Below, piece by piece: positions 62,885 to 64,000 of a stretch of 64,000 nucleotides of DNA; position 1 is the stretch's first letter; every line of letters starts with the position of its first letter. The notes below the pieces were generated by a model. It saw only the letters and a list, made by a program, of their open reading frames with translations. It was not told where the DNA came from and made no database searches. The position numbers and the translations under genes are program-made. The stretch is from the human T2T-CHM13v2.0 reference genome, Homo sapiens: the NCBI RefSeq assembly GCF_009914755.1, contig NC_060928.1; one strand, given 5' to 3'.

Positions 62885-64000
62885 ACAAACAAACAACAAA
62901 AAATAAACACTGCAGACCAATACACCTGATGAAAATAGATGCAAAAATTCTCATAAAAATACTAGCAAACCAAATCCAACAGCACGTGAAAAAGATGATC
63001 CACCATGAATAAGTGGGTCTTATTTCAAGAGGGCTTAAATACATCAGAAGTACAAAGGATAATTCAACATATGCAAATCAATAAATGTAATGAATCACAT
63101 AAACAAAATTAAGGACAAAACCATATGATCTCAATAGATACAAAAAAAGTGTTTGATAATATTCTGCATCTCTTCATGAGAAGAAACCCTCAGCAAACTA
63201 AGCATAGAAGAAACATATCTCAAAATAATAAAGGTTGCGTATGACAAACCCACAGCATACTGAATGAAGTTGAAAGCATTCCCTCTGAGAACTGGAAGAA
63301 GACAAGAATACCCACTTTCATCACTTCCATTTAACATAGAATTGGAAGTCCTAGCCAGGGCAATTGGAAAAGTGAAAGAAATAAGCAGCACCCAAATTGG
63401 AAAAGAGGAAGTCAAAATATCTTTTTTTGTTGACAATATGATCTTACATCTAGAAAAACTAAAGACTCCATCAAAAAACTCTTAGATTTGAAAAATGAAT
63501 TCAGTAAAATTTCAGCATACAAAATCAACTCACAAAAATCAGTAGGATTTCTATACATTAGTAATTTTCAAGCTGAGAACCAAATCAAGAGGAGAATCCT
63601 ATTTACAATAGCTAAATAAAAACTAAAATACCTAGAAATATATTTAATCAAGGAGGTGAAAGAGCTCTACAAGGAAAACTATAAAACATTGATGAAAGAA
63701 ATCATGGATGGCACAAACAAATGGAAAAACATTCCATGATCATGGATCAGAAGAATTAAGATAGTTAAAATGATCATACTGCCCAAAGCAATTTATAGAT
63801 TCAATGTAATTCCTATCAAAATAAAACATTATTTTTCAAAGAATTAATAAAAATAATTTTTACAATATTAGGAAATCAAAACTAAAAGTCCAAAAGCCAA
63901 AGCAACTGTAAGTGAAAAGAGCAAAGCTGGAGGCATCATATTATCTGACCTCAAATTATACTACAAGCCTATTATAACCATGATCTTTGACAAAGTGGAC
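62885..64000 (+). mobile_element. L1PB/L1MA-class ORF2 (RT region), 5'-truncated, continues past window end
   Basis: ORF 63264..63485 ([33 protein letters not shown]...[17 protein letters not shown]) is a degraded L1 RT with a FADD-like motif; multiple stops and frameshifts. Confidence 0.95.

Noticed and set aside
62885-64000. L1 ORF2 as an active reverse transcriptase gene
   Set aside because: It is 5'-truncated, has many stops and frameshifts, and its catalytic motif is degraded (FVDN).

Overview
AT-rich primate (probably hominid) non-coding genomic DNA, either intergenic or deep intronic. I found no protein-coding gene, RNA gene, CpG island or processed pseudogene that I can support. The supplied ORFs come from Alu, L1, LTR or low-complexity sequence, or have lengths expected by chance. 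Roughly half the window is a layered record of transposable elements: 12 Alus, L1 pieces from L1PA to L1ME age, L2 and MIR fragments, MaLR/ERVL LTRs including one two-LTR MLT1A/MST-type provirus, and hAT-type MITEs (MER3, MER20, MER58). Subfamily names come from recalled consensus motifs, not a database search, and the boundaries of old elements are approximate. The most notable structures are: (1) a 27-bp array with higher-order periodicity in an old L1 5' end; (2) a 73-bp local copy of the edge of an enhancer-like unique block, placed between two facing L1 tails; (3) a pristine AluY with 3 of the 5 AluYa5 diagnostic bases and an 18-bp perfect TSD; (4) an old L1 with twin-priming inversion geometry; (5) an ancient 5'-to-3' L1MB with surviving TSDs. 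I cannot support a claim of a new biological system from this sequence.
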